Below are positions 11,958-25,111 of a stretch of DNA of 64,000 bases, one piece after another. Where the stretch lies: NCBI GenBank assembly GCA_010093605.1, contig MU004196.1, forward strand, positions 22,606 through 86,605. The letters run 5' to 3'. The notes below the pieces were generated by a model, which saw only the letters and a program-made list of their open reading frames with translations, did no database searches and was not told the origin of the DNA. The DNA is from Lophium mytilinum (Eukaryota). The position numbers and the translations under genes are program-made. The stretch's first letter is position 1, and the number at the start of each line of letters is the position of its first letter.

Positions 11958-13960
11958 CTAATGAACACCATTGGTGCCAGAGTGGGAATCAACCCTTCCT
12001 AGTTCTTCACTCGATTTGCCTAGTAGCGTAGCAACCGCTCCTGCAATCTCCTTTTCAGCATTCTTGCTGGGTTTCAACCATCTTGCAGCCACAAAGTTAT
12101 CTGGCCGGACCAAAATGGCTCCTCCTTCCTTAATACCTTTCAATTTCTCCCATCTCTCTTCTCGGTCTCTCAAAGTACCATCGCGATTGGAGCTACTGAT
12201 AACCGCTGTGGAGATTTTGGCACCGCTCGATTTCGCAACCTTCTTTGCTGCCTCCAGCCACGCTGCTCCGCTTTCGTCGGTAATGACGAGGAAATTCGAG
12301 TCTCTAGCGATCAAATCGTGTGTTGATACCACCTTCTTCCCATCATTCAGCCATACATGAGGAAGCCGGTTGCCGGGTCCAGTGTTCGCTGCGTATATCT
12401 GACCAAGCGGATCAACTGGGGGTGCATCAACACCATCCGGAATGAGTGCTCCGGAAGGATATCTGACTACATGTAATCACAAACAGTCAGTCTTGAACAC
12501 AGCTGAAATAAAGTTGAAACTTACAGCCGAGCTCCAGATCATGAGCGCTAAACTCCACGACTTGCGAGTCGATGATCCGTTGGACCTGCGCTCGGAATGT
12601 CCTTCCCGACTCGGAGTCTTCCCAAAGGGCTTCAAATCGTAGCTTGTTCGCTTCGGGCTGGCCTTGGATCAGACCAACAGCCGCGTTGATTACGACCGTG
12701 TTTGCAAAGGTGAAGAGACCCCAGTCGCAGTTACGTTTTCCTGCATATCGCCGCTCCGTCTCGTACGTGTCCAACAAGCTCTTATCGGCAAGTCCTTTCG
12801 TTACGGCGTTGAGTTTCCATGCGAGGTTCTAGAGGACTGATTAGAGATAGGAGGTGTATAATTTTGCAAGTGAACTGACGTTCGCATCCTCAATCGCCGT
12901 ATTCAAACCCAACCCAGTCGTAGGTGGATGACGATGGGCCGCATCCCCCGCGATATACACCCGGCCTTTTTGAAACTTACTCGCCAGGACTCGCTCCAAA
13001 TTCCAATGGCTAATCTTATGCACCTCCATCTTCAAATCCGGGATCTTGAGCAACTCCCGAATACGCGGTACTATCGCGCCTTCATCATGCCGCTTCTCAT
13101 CATCCATGCTAAACCCAAAATGACAAGACCACTGCTCCGAATGCCTCCCCCACGTCGGGCCCATAGGCACGATGGCGCCACTCTCCAACACTGTCCCACC
13201 AGATCCGTTGATGAAGTGGCACGCGAAGTAGCGGTCGTCCCAGTACTCTGACAAATCAGCGTTGAAATGGGTCGAGACCATATCTGCGATCCCGGATGGT
13301 CCCTCGAGTACAGCACCAATCTTCCCATTAACCAGCTTTCCGCCATCCGCGCCGATGAGAAATTGAGTCCGGTATTGTGTCTGTTGGCCGTTCGCTTCCA
13401 CGGTAACAAGCACCGAATCGCCCTCGTCGACAAAATCAACAACGTTGTGGCTAAAGCGTACGTTGCCCGGATTGCGTGTTTCAGCGATCTTCTTGAGCAG
13501 AGGCTCCAGTCGGATTTGGGGCATGTTGCAAGAGCGGAGGGGTGCATCGCGTCTACTCCCATTAGCCTTCTCTATTCAACACCCCCAGCTCCAAGGCTCA
13601 AACTTAAACGTACCTATAGCTCTCCGCCTTGATCGACCCATCATCGCCCCCAAAACTGGTAAATTTGTGGATCACTTTCCGATCCAGCGGCCCGTCCCCT
13701 CCCAAACTCGACTGCCACGCCACCTGGCTCATGTTCCAGAGCGGAGAGCCTTTCTCCAAGATCTCGGACTCCATGTGATGTTGGCGGAGGACCTCCATAG
13801 ACCGCTGGTTCAGATAATGCGCTTTCGGGAGGCGGGAGGTCGCATCGTGGCGCTCGAAGAGCACATGCTCGACATTGTAGTCCGAGAGAAGAGAAGAGAG
13901 AGTCAACCCACACCCACCGCCGCCGACAATAACCACGGGAAATTCTTTGACTTCAGCCAT
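11958..13960 (-). CDS. FAD-dependent aromatic monooxygenase (PheA/TfdB, 2,4-dichlorophenol 6-monooxygenase-like), 4 exons
   Basis: VIVGGGGCG (GxGxxG), LIGADGG (DG), IAGDAAHRHPPTTGLGLNTAIEDA (GD), LDTYETERR, C-terminal LVRPDNFVA. First intron 13613-13553 is GT..AG and restores frame. Confidence 0.93.
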
Positions 13961-14150
13961 CTCTCCGTAAAACTGCGATACGATCTCGCTAGTTGCTACA
14001 GGTTCGACTCCTCGGAAAAAGTGGTTTAATTATGAACAAAAGGTAGACAATGCGTGGACCACTCAGATATTCTACGAAAGACGAAGTGGAGATGAAGGAC
14101 GCAGATAAGTATCTCGCCTAGGAAAACGCGTCGCGCGTCTAAGTTCCGCT

Positions 14151-14160
14151 CCGAGCTCGA
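14151..14160. promoter_or_regulatory. CCGAGCTCGA, one-mismatch copy of the 11614 palindrome, upstream of the monooxygenase
   Basis: ~190 bp upstream of ATG 13960, the same spacing as at the VOC gene. Confidence 0.35.
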
Positions 14161-14538
14161 CTACCGAAGCGCTCACCTGAGTATGTACAGTGGGGTCAGT
14201 GAAGCGCAATTACCCCGGACGCCCCCATCTGGGCAGGGGTGGGCCGGGTGTGGGCCTCCGAGCGGGATCCCCGCATTTCGGACTGATTTCGGATTCGGGG
14301 GCTCCGATACCGTAATCTTTTTTGTTACAGTGGTTTCCTGGAAGATCCGGAGAGGTTTCAAGATGCAGAGATGGTGGTTGGAGTGGTGGAAGGAAGGTTT
14401 GCGGATCTTGCCGTCGCATAGATATGTGCATATTCATATTTCGTGATATTTAGATAAGATAATGGGCCAGTCCGGGTATATATAGACACGAACGATTAAC
14501 GCTGTTGAACCGCAGAAGGACGACCCAATCCTACTTCC

Positions 14539-17092
14539 TCATGTCAATAGATCCAGGTTCCAGGTCCCTGGCCAAGGCGAGGTGCCATTGAAGCCGAAAT
14601 TATGCTCCAGTTGCATGCCCGATTCCAAGTTCATGTCAAAGCCAGCATCGCCTCCAGCATCTGTCGGACCATTGCCGATGCTAATGTTTGCCCAATCAGG
14701 GCAGTCTATCCAGCTACTCCCAGGCGTAACGTCCGAGATGCTTTGAGGAAGCTTTAAGATTGATTCCGTAGTGGCAGTAGTCAAAGACGGAATGTCTGAT
14801 TGCGGAGAGACGGAAGTGATGCCCTGGCTTCGAGAAGTGCCGGGCCTGTGGTCGAGGCCTACTCATATTGTCAGTATTATCGCGAACCATGGTATCTAGT
14901 GGTGTGGGCACATACCTTTCTCCCTTCTCGCTTTCTTGATAGCCTTCCTCGCCAGCCGCGAGAGCTCCGCAGTCTTCGTAAATGCCATTCCCCCGGAGGT
15001 ACAGAATTCTAGCTTTCCGAAGAATCCAGTCACGACTTCCATGAGTGCGATGTCGGTGTTGGCGGTCGGAGCTAACGGGTCAGTAACCACATTTGTGAAG
15101 AGTGTGATTATGCCGCTGAGAGGATAGTAAATGAGAAGCCTGCGCAAGATAGATTAGTGTATTGCTTCTGATATTGAAGATAGCTTGTGGCCTACCAGCC
15201 AGGATTGTACGCGTGGAATTCAAGGTTACTGGTCAGGAGGCAGATCGACCTCGAAGCTTCCAAGCACTTCCTCGCCTTCTCAACCATTTTTGGGGTCGCA
15301 CTATCGTCTGGCGAGCGTTGAGATTTCGAGTGCCAGAAGGTCTGCGCAGGAAACCGCCGATGAATGGCACAGATCGCATAGTGGTAGAAATACTCTAACG
15401 CTAGGGACTGCAAGTGTGGTACAGTGCCATTCGAACTCAGCTGTTCTTTCTTCGTATTCCCCAAGCGAGCAGATTCTGGAATATCATCATGCCACCTCTG
15501 CAGCTTCGCTTCCAGCTCCTCTGCCGTGTCTAAAAGGTCGGAAAGCGGCATCACGAGCGCCTTTGCGGAGTACATCAGACTCGTGATTTGCGAGCATATA
15601 CGAGCATAGCGTACGGCGAAGAGGTAGAAGCTGAACGCCGTACTCGAAATCCCTGACGTACGCGGAAGCGGACAGCTGACCTCGCCATCATCAATGGCAG
15701 ATGGCCGCCCCATGCGAAGTGCAATCGTCTTGTCCATCCAGTACAGCACCCAGAAAACTCGACTTCTTCCCTCGCTCTCCGCGGGTGTGATGTCCCACTG
15801 CGGAGAAGCCTTTTTGTGAATACCCATTCCCTGGGATAGCCGAACAGCCATGGAGCAAAATTTGTATTCGCATTGAGGGGTCGTTGTGTGCTGAGCGTAC
15901 AGCGTCATTGCTGCGAAGGCTTGGATGGTAGTCAGGGTGGTCCGGCGACTGATCAACTCTCCTTGGACCATGAGCGCATTGTGGAAGTATCTCTGCGCTT
16001 CTGATTCTGACTCTGCAAAAGGGGCTGGTCGGTGACTGGGGCTTTGCTTGGAGCCGACGACGCGGCAGCCTAAAGCAAGAACCGTAGTGTAGAGGGCGTA
16101 CCAAGGGACACTGTCTGGGAAAGGACGATTCGACTGTGCGTAAGCCTGGAATTGGTGCATGAAGTCCTCGCGGTCTACTAGCGGGAACCAGCTCTGGTCA
16201 GCGTCAAAGTAGGCTTTGACATATTCCCTAGCAATCGTAGGGCTTGGAAGAGGGTTGAGTTGGGCTTTCATCGCGATGAGGATCCTCATGCCTTCGTCTT
16301 CTGCCGTTGGCATCGCAAAATGCGATGTTATCTCTTCGGCGAATTCGCGAAGTGTGGCCACACTTTCTTCGTCCTCAGTCTTTTCTAGAATCCAGCGCAG
16401 ACCATTGTTTGAGAGAAGAGATATACCGGAGGAGGGGCCGGTGAACTCGAAGCCTGAAGTCTCGTGGCGGACAAGGATTGAGTTGTCTTCGTTGGCTTCG
16501 TCTATGTCGGGGTTCCAGAGAATGGTATCTATGAGGCTTGTTCGAATGTCCTGGATAACGTGCGTTGTGGTGTGTAAGACAGTCCTTGGAAGATCATTTG
16601 CGAGATCGGAGCTGGGGAGATCCGGCATCTGCGTGGTTCTGACATCTTGAGAGAGGGTTGACTCGGTGGAGGAATATGAGGACTCAGATCCAGAGAGACG
16701 CCTGAACTCTAGGAAGGCCGTAGAATTCTCATCGTTCGGCCTTTGGAGAGTTGGCTGGCTCCCAGAAGCTGGAAGATGGCCATGTGGTTCGGTGATACGT
16801 GTCCAACCAAAGCGCATTCGTTTGCGTGGACTATCGGCCGTACCCGCACGTTGTCTCTTCCCTGGTGCAGTTGTACACGGTAGGTTATGATTCTGGATGG
16901 TGTTCAATTGGCTGGTCAAATGAAAGATAAGCCATTACTAACCCTACAGTAGTCGCATGTAGTAGTATTCGTTACATTGCCTACACAAGCATTAGTCCAC
17001 GGTAGCTCATTGACAGTGTCTCATCGAGGGCTCAGACTTTGGGTGTCGAAGGCGCATTTAACCTTTTTGGCGCGGCAGTTGTCACAAGCCAT
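14539..17092 (-). CDS. Zn(II)2Cys6 transcription factor with fungal-specific middle homology domain; 5' end uncertain
   Basis: Cys cluster rebuilt across small exons: ACDNCRAKKVKC (~17090-17055), CDYCR (~16960-16943), NHNLPC (~16890-16872). Middle domain: YF...WFPLVDR..F, AVRLSQGMGIHK, RSRVFWVLYWMDK..ALRMGRPSAIDD. Confidence 0.9.
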
Positions 17093-18062
17093 CTAATATA
17101 GATAGATGAGGTCGCACGGAGGAGGTTGAGGGTTGAGAGCGGGTACGCGGGAATCATGCAGTAGTCAGAGGTCAAGGCCCTTTCCCCGCTTTTTCCCCAC
17201 GGGGTATTTTCATGTTCAGAGCTATTCTAGCGGCCTTGTCATGACCTCGGTTATTATCTACTTTTCAACGAGGGGGGAGGCTCCATTCGTCGTTATATCC
17301 AACGCCTAAACGGCTTTCGCGATCTTATTCTTTCATCGTCGCATTTTCTGCTGAACAATTCAATTGAATATTAGGGCTGGCCGGGGTCTATATGTTCGAC
17401 AGAGCCATGACGCAACATGGATACAAAACCTGCTAGACCCGCAAGATATTTTCCACTTTTTCTCTGTCATGTATCGATGGTCCGTGTCGGCTCGGATTCT
17501 TCAAAAAGCTAGCTTCGTTTTCGTTGTATCGGACGGACGAAATCCTACCATAATGAGTTAGCGCCTGTACCGGAACTCCGAATATGGACGTCATCAGTTG
17601 GTCCATGCTGCTATGTCATCTACAACGGTATCGGTCGACTGCATTGAAAATCAAATGGTATCTCGTTACAGAAGAGACAGATTCTGTTCACCTGAAAAGG
17701 TCCGCGGAGTGATCTAGTCAAGCCTATTGCGGCGCTCCGGATGGATAAACCCTGCCCAAGCGTCCATTTGGAGACCTTCCCCGGATTTGAACTTCAAGAT
17801 ACGAAATACTAATCCGGGGAGTTACTGCAGTAGACGCTGTGTCCGAGTTTTCATACTGCATCTCTCCGAATATGGAGAAGCAATACAACGATGCAGTGCC
17901 AGTGGAGAGACCAGCTGATCGTTTCCTCTATAACTTCCCCGAACCTCAAGGCTTCTATATATCTTCTCCCACATGAAACTTCAAGTATACATGTGGGATT
18001 GAATCTTATATTGGTCGGATCAAGTTTGCCACTCATATTTGGTATTCCAATCTCTGCTCATC

Positions 18063-20340
18063 ATGTCTCTCGACCTTGTCAATAAACTAGAAACAATACT
18101 TCCTTCTAGTGTGGTCGCGGGAGCGGCTCTGGTACTTGAACGAGCTACCGAGCATGTGGTCCTGCAAGGACTTTTCCTGGGCCTGGTACAGTCCACTTCC
18201 ACAACCTGGCTTTGCAGCTTTGATGACTAACATAATATGATAGTTCTCCCACACCATCTTCAGGAACGCCGAACCTTCTGCTCTTGGCTTTATCTTCTGG
18301 ATTCTAACGCTCATGGCTGCGGAATTCACACTGTTCAACCGAGACGATCTCGACGATTTCAAATGGTCCAACTTCGCAGTTCTTCCAGTTTTTCTTGTAT
18401 TGAGCGTGTACTTTGCCACTTTGGGGTAAGCAATCTACAGTGACAGGCTACAAGTCTGGGCACACGGACTCGGCTCCAACTTGTCCACCCAACACCACTG
18501 TTGGAGGTAGCCTGACTGCTGAGCAGGCGATTGGTCAAGAGGCAGTGTAATCTACACTGCTTGAAGCTTGACATCGCCCTCGAGTTTTGGTAACCCTGTG
18601 GGGGTATCCCATGCAGTGGCGTACCAGTGTGCCCAGACTTGTGCCTGTCACTATATGCATGGTTTGAACAGCATATGCTTACCGCTACAGATTATCGATA
18701 GCGTTTTACAGGCTCTTCCTAAATCCTCTCCGTCACTTTCCAGGCGACACGTTCCCAGCACTCACCAAATGGCAATCCTTCTGGGTGGCCAAATACGGCC
18801 AAACCCACCACTTCCTCTTTTCCCAGCACCAAAAGTACGGCGACTACGTGCGAGTTGGCCCTAACGAGCTATCCGTAGCCAATTATGAAGATCTCCCTAT
18901 CATACACGGGAATAAATCGAAATTTACGAAGGGGCCGTGGTACTGGAAGAACCTCAACGAGCCAGAGCCAGGACTATTCTCCGTTCAAGACTGGGATGAA
19001 CATAAAGCGCGCCGCAAAGCATGGGATACTGCTTTCGGTGTAAAGTCGTTAAAGGCGTACGAGCCGCGAATTGCGACGGCGCTAGATCACTTGTGTGCAA
19101 GGTTGGATCAATTTTCAAAAACGGGCGAGTACTTTGATATGGCCCTATGGGCTGAGCTCCTCGCCTTCGATGTCATGGGAGACCTGGGATTCGTTCGTGA
19201 GCTCCTTTTCTACTCATATATCTGTGTTCTAACCATTTCGTGCATAGGGCGATTCATTCCATATGCTCGAATCGGGGGAGCTCCACCACTACGTCGAATT
19301 CGTCCATACAGGACTCAAATTCATGTGCACCCTCGCACCTGTATCATGGACCATGCCTCTCCTCAGTCTCGTGCCTGTCGACAAGAAGACCAGAGAAGTC
19401 ACAGCTAAGTTCTTTTCCTACGGTGCGGATAGGTTCAAGTCCAGGTTGGCAAAAGGGCCGGTCAAGAACGACGTTTTCGGATTCTTGCTCGCAGCGCGGG
19501 AAGAAGGTGTCGGTGAACTCACGGATGCCAAACTCGAGTCTGATGCTCGCAACGTACTTCTCGGAGGTGGTGATACTACCGCAGTTCTGATGACGTTAGC
19601 TTCCCCCCTTTTTCTCCCCCCCCCGGCTCCTTTTTCTCCCCACCCCCCGTCAACCCACCCCTATCCCCGTGACTGAACCATATTGACGCATGGTACAGCT
19701 CCTTACTTTTCTATCTCACCCGCCACCCCGCTGCCAAAGCGAAGCTTCAAGCAGAAGTCAACACCCTCTTCAAAGACGAGCCATTTGATGCCGCCAAACT
19801 CGGAGGACCACCCTACCTCAACGCTTGCATCAACGAAGCTCTCCGGATGATACCACCCGGCCCTAACGGCATGCAGCGCGTCGTCAACACACCAGGCGGC
19901 ATTATCTTAGACGGCAAACACGTACCCGCCGGCACGAAGATCAGCGTCCATGGCTGGAGTGTCATGCACGATCCGCGAAACTTCGCCAGACCGGATGAGT
20001 TCATTCCGGAGCGGTGGATCGAAGGATCTGGATTTAAGGGGGCGCATAACGCCGCTGCATTCATTCCGTTCTCACAGGGGACGTATCAGTGTGTTGGGAG
20101 GCGGCTGGCGTTGCAAGAGTCGAGGATGTTTGTGGTTAGGTGAGTTAGACCCACGTTTATATCTTCAGGCTGGTAAGATGAAATGCTAATGCCGAAATCT
20201 CCTTTAGGATATTCCAGAATTACGATTTCCAAATTGATCCGAAGCTTGATCCAAAGGCTTGGGTGGCTGCGACGGAGAGTTATTTGACCATCACAAAGTC
20301 GCCGCTGCCACTTACTGTTACCAAACTGAAGAAGACATGA
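18063..20340 (+). CDS. Cytochrome P450, multi-exon, extended hydrophobic N-terminus
   Basis: YRLFLNPLRHFPG, KYGDYVRVGPNELS, I-helix LGGGDTT, EALR (ExxR), PDEFIPERW, heme motif FSQGTYQCVG; GT-AG introns link the ORF fragments; stop TGA 20338-20340. Confidence 0.93.
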
Positions 20341-21336
20341 AGATTAATATGGGAGACAGACTTGGGTAGAGGCAATTGAGATGTGTGGAGAGTAGATTAA
20401 ATTGACTTTCATACTACCAATCGAGCTCCGTCACGTGGTTGTCAACCGAAGAGGGTCCACAGCAAGAGACACACGCAGGGCATGAAAAAAGTGACACTCT
20501 ATATAGAATGCTGTACACCTGTCTGCCGCTGCTTGTGGTGCTTCAATGTATCATTCAAAACTAGGAATCTTTAGCTTTAGGCTATAAGGAAAATGGACAA
20601 GGCACTCCAAGCGGTGACACACCGGAGCACCTGCTGTACCTACTATGTAGAACAGCGTAAGGGAGCGTGGTAGATAAGTGGCGGTAGATATTGGCAGTAG
20701 ATATTGGCAGTCTACAAGTCCGTAAGGTATGCCTAATACTCCTATGCTTGTTTAATACCGTTAGAAGTCCTCTAGAATGCTAATGCTACTTATGAAGTAC
20801 CAGCTTTGGCAAGCCTGATAGCTCTCCAGGCCACCTCAGACGGTGTTGAATTGCTTGAGTGTGCCACTTCTTTTTTTGCCTAGCGTGGCGAACTCTCACT
20901 TTTTGTGACGGCGAGCCTGGCTGCTCGCCGCTCCTTGGGCACTTGATCCCATATGTACAGCTACCATAAGTAAAGGATTATGAGCTGGTCAAAAGGTACT
21001 CTGATCTTTTATGCATTCACCCTGCCATCACATTCAAAGTATACAAAACCTATTCGCGGTGGATCGAAGTACTCAGGCTCCAGTCTTGCTCGCCCCATAC
21101 CACTGTGAGGAGGGCCCTGGTAGGAAGGTTCTTAGTTGGTCAAGAGGGAGCTCAATATCCAATTCATCAAACTTTTAATCATATTCAGAGCCCGTAAAAC
21201 GAGTCAGAAATGCATCCATTTTCCCATGCTTCTCTTGAGGATTTACTATTGATGAACCGAGATGCTGAAGCTCTTCTTTTGTTCCACGGATACCAGTGTA
21301 AGGAGGGCCAGAGTTGGAACGTAGCTACCTTACGTA

Positions 21337-22479
21337 TCACCTCTTACCTCTTAAACTTCTCGGCATCTCAACTCCCATCGCTCTAACAAAAATCCTACAA
21401 CTCTCCTCAAACCTCCCCTTCACACCCCCTGTTCCACGCTTCACCTCTTCCTCCCCCGTCCGCACATCCATCTCCATAAACGCGCCGTACGTCGTATCCC
21501 ACTCCAGGCCCCTCACCGCCTCCCAAATCCCAGCAACCGCTTCCGCATCCAGCGGGATCCGGTTTGGGATGCTCCAGAAGAACGTGTACGAAATCACGCC
21601 CCGTTTCCCCGGCTCCGGGTTCGAGGCGCTCGGGACGGTGACGACGGTGTCGGCGATGAAGAGTGAGGAGTAAGCGGCCCAGTGCAGGCATAAGCTGCCG
21701 GGGAAGTGCCCGCCGCAGAGAACGGCTGTGACCCCCGGAAGGATAGGGGTCAGGTGGGCAGTAATGGGGCGGAGAATTAAGCCCAAAGTGGAGGTGCGCT
21801 CGAGCCAGGGGAAGTCGGCCGCGCCGGTGTAGACGGGGCAGCGGAAGGTGAGGGCCCAGTCGACGTAAGTGGTGTAGTAGTGTGGATGGGAAATTACAAT
21901 TGCGGCGATGCCGCCTAAGGAGTTGATCTGGGATTCAGGTCAGGACATGCTCTCTTCTGAGGTTTGAGGTGGTTGCGTACTTTATCAACCGTCTCTTGAT
22001 TGAGGAGGGTGATCAGGTCCCAGAGAACGTTGCCTTGGGAAGTCTGGAGGAGCATGGCGCGTTCTCCAATCGCGAACTGTGATGTTAGTAAGCTGGTGCG
22101 TCTTTTCTCGGACGTGGTGGATGAAAGAGGCATACCTGGGGCTCTGTGAAAATCTTCCATAGTTTCGGATTGACTTCATCTTGAACAAAGGTGTTTTGGT
22201 GGCCTTCTTCCCGGATCTTGGAGAGGGTGGTGAAGGTTTGGCCGGTTGGGGGAACGAACTGTCGTGGATCCTGCAGTGGATGAGTTTCTCATATTCAGAC
22301 CAATAGGTCGTTCCATTCAGGTCGGACTTTTGCAGAAATGCAGGGAGTCAAAGGGAGTGACTAACATCGCAGACCCGGCATTCCCTTTTATTTGACGAGG
22401 CCGTGACTTCGAACTGGGTGCCGCAAGCAGTGCAAATGAGGAGGCCATCAGAGGTCTTTAAAGTACCTTTGCACGCCAT
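21337..22479 (-). CDS. Metallo-beta-lactamase-fold hydrolase with N-terminal Cys pairs
   Basis: LICTACGTQF..CRVCD|DPRQFVP, FAIGERAMLLQT..GNVLWD, IVISHPHYY, GGHFPGS, LFIADT, FFWSIPNRIPL across several exons. Confidence 0.85.
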
Positions 22480-23133
22480 CTCTAGGGAAAGGGAAATATG
22501 TATGAATTTAGAAAAGTGTCCCTTTATACAGCAGCAGACATACGTTTATATTCTTCTTGTTTGCCACTCCCAAAGACGACAGTTTTCAAGTCGACACGTC
22601 GATAGGCCAGTCGATTACAGATACCGATTACAAAAGGGCGGAATTGGGATGATGAATGCGAAATTTACGCTTGTCGAGGTCGAACGACATACCTAGGTGC
22701 AGGCATACTTCGGAGTATGAAGAACACCAATGATATGATGGACTAGGGAGCTTTCTCGGCTAGACCTGACGTATCCAGTATGACTGCAAGCTAATGAAAG
22801 CTACTGGCACTAAAACGGACGTCGCTCCGATAGTGGCGAGGAGTAGAACGCGGGGGAAGCATCTGCAGCACTCACCATACCAGCGACTACACATAGGTCG
22901 ACCAACTTTTATGCTACAAGATAGAGAAGTGTGTTTTAATGCACGGTACGTTAAGTGCTCTATAGCAGTGTTACTTGCGTAGCGTGATATCTATCTACCC
23001 CAATTTCTTACTCAAATCGTTTATCGCCGCCAAAATAAATACTCCTAGGAAGTACTCTCAACTCGAGTCTTCAGCCTGCTACAAAACAGAGTCCATGTTG
23101 AAATAGACCTGTCCTACCACCATCTCCTCGACC

Positions 23134-25111
23134 TTACCAAGTGTTACCTGTAGTCGAGTTACCATAGATAGGGTACCAAACCGAACACCTTGCATCCAAG
23201 GCAGTGGACTGAATCACAGTAAGATTCGCAAACGTGTTCCCCGAGTTCCCCAGCACACCAATATACGCGCTCCCGCTCGCCGTTCCAACCTTGGGCCACG
23301 CCGGATCCGGCCCACCCGTAGGATTCTTCGCAAACGTAGCCCAAGCCGTTTGCAAGTAGCTGCTAAGTGCGATCTCCTGAGCAGTGGCGCCGGACGACGG
23401 ATAGGTCCCAAAGACGAGCGGAATCTCGGTCGTGTGGTAGACGCCGCGGTTTGTGAAGCCGGGAACGTTGCCGTAGTTGGCGGGATAGGAGGCGTTGAAG
23501 TAGTAGCGCCAAACTGGGATACTAGCTTTGGCGTCGTCTACGGTTACGACGGCCGCGGGCTGTGAAGAATGTCAATCGTCGTTCTTAAGGATCAGGACGC
23601 CGACGTGGGGAATTTATGAACGCAAACTTACACACTGATATATCGCCTCTGTCCAGGCCTGTGCAGTCGCGGTATCATCATCTGGAAACACTCCTGGAAC
23701 TGCGTAGGCGGCATCGATAGTGTTGAGGTTTGCACCAGGGGCGTATTGAAAATTACTGGTCACCCATTGTTTCAGCCCACCCGAGACGGCATATGGTAGT
23801 GAAAACAGCCGCCCCTCCTGCGCGTTGGTGCCTTGTAGAACTGGTACCTTGGCAATAGACCCTGCCAGGCGTGCAGCTTCGGGTTTTGCGAGCTCTGTGA
23901 CACCGTCTTGTATGGGAGGGAATTGGAAGAAAGGGGTCGCAGAGGTAGTGGCACTGTAGTCCTTTTCGATGGCGGTTTTGATGTCGGTTGCAGCTTTTGT
24001 GCGCATGCATTTAATTATCGGCGAGGACGATTGGCAGTTCATGAGTTTGACGAGGGAGTCCCAGTAACCCGTCGAGTTGTTGGCTCCGCCTGGGGTGACG
24101 GAAGAAGTGCCACTTTGCATGATGGCAGCGCGGAACGGAGTGTTGCTACCCATGGTAGTCACTAGACGGTCGACTGATGTTGCTCCAGAGCTAAAGAGAT
24201 GGTTTAGACATGCGTTCCATAACGTAGAAGCTTGTTTGCATAGTGGGCATACCTTTCACCGAAAATCGTTACTTTGGCCGGGTCGCCTCCAAAGGCCGCA
24301 ATGTTCTTTTGAACCCCTGGGAGTCAAGGATTAGTAAAACAACCGCAGTGTTACGTTTACGTGGCAGTGACTCACATTGGAGGGCGAATCGTTGATCCAG
24401 GAAGCCAATGTTCCATTCGGTTTGGTCAGTGATATCGCCGGAATGAGGAAAGCCAAAGACTTGAACACATGTTAATGAGAAGATTTTTCTTCTTATCAGG
24501 GATGTTTGTTACCATTGGTACGATAGTTTGGGGCCACGACAATAACATCTTGATGAGCCGCAAAGCTAGATCCATCATACCACGGATGCGAAGCGGTGCC
24601 ATACGTCAGTCCTCCGCCATAAATCCAGAACATGACTGCCTTTCCGGTAGCCCCTGAGCTGGGAACGTAGACATTGAGGTAAAGACAATCTTCGCTTTCT
24701 ACAGGGGCAGGAGTATTGAATAGCTGCATGACCTGCGTGCGATTTGGGGTGTAAGGCGAATCTTGTTCAAGATTAGCTGCATACTTTGGAGGTACGCTTA
24801 GCCCTAAATGAAGATCTGGACATACCTATGAACTGCTGCATGCAGGAGTTGCTCCACGCATTAGCTTGTCTTGTAGTATAGGTGGGAACAGCCTGCGGTG
24901 GTGCGAAACGCAAAGAGCTGGTTGGAATGGCTGCATAAGGAACGCCTAGGAACTTGTTCACAGATGCGGTAGCGCTGGGTAGAGTAGTCGTCGTCCCAAT
25001 GAGGACCCCATCGGAAACCGTTACAGTTGGAAGAGCTCGCCCACAACCAGGGAAAGCAGCTAAAACACAAGTGAGAAGAAACGACGATTGAACCATCGGA
25101 TGGACCTTCAT
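23134..25111 (-). CDS. Secreted type-B carboxylesterase (cholinesterase-like fold), multi-exon
   Basis: Signal-peptide-like N-terminus, [44 protein letters not shown] (intron inside the Ser codon), [20 protein letters not shown]. Start could instead be ATG 25096. Confidence 0.93.

Noticed and set aside
20580..21060. TA-rich patch with 13-bp tandem gtagatattggca
   Set aside because: Possibly an old repeat fragment, but no terminal repeats or coding remnant seen.
9458..25111. Secondary-metabolite biosynthetic cluster interpretation
   Set aside because: No backbone synthase in the window; a catabolic reading fits better, though a tailoring role is not excluded.
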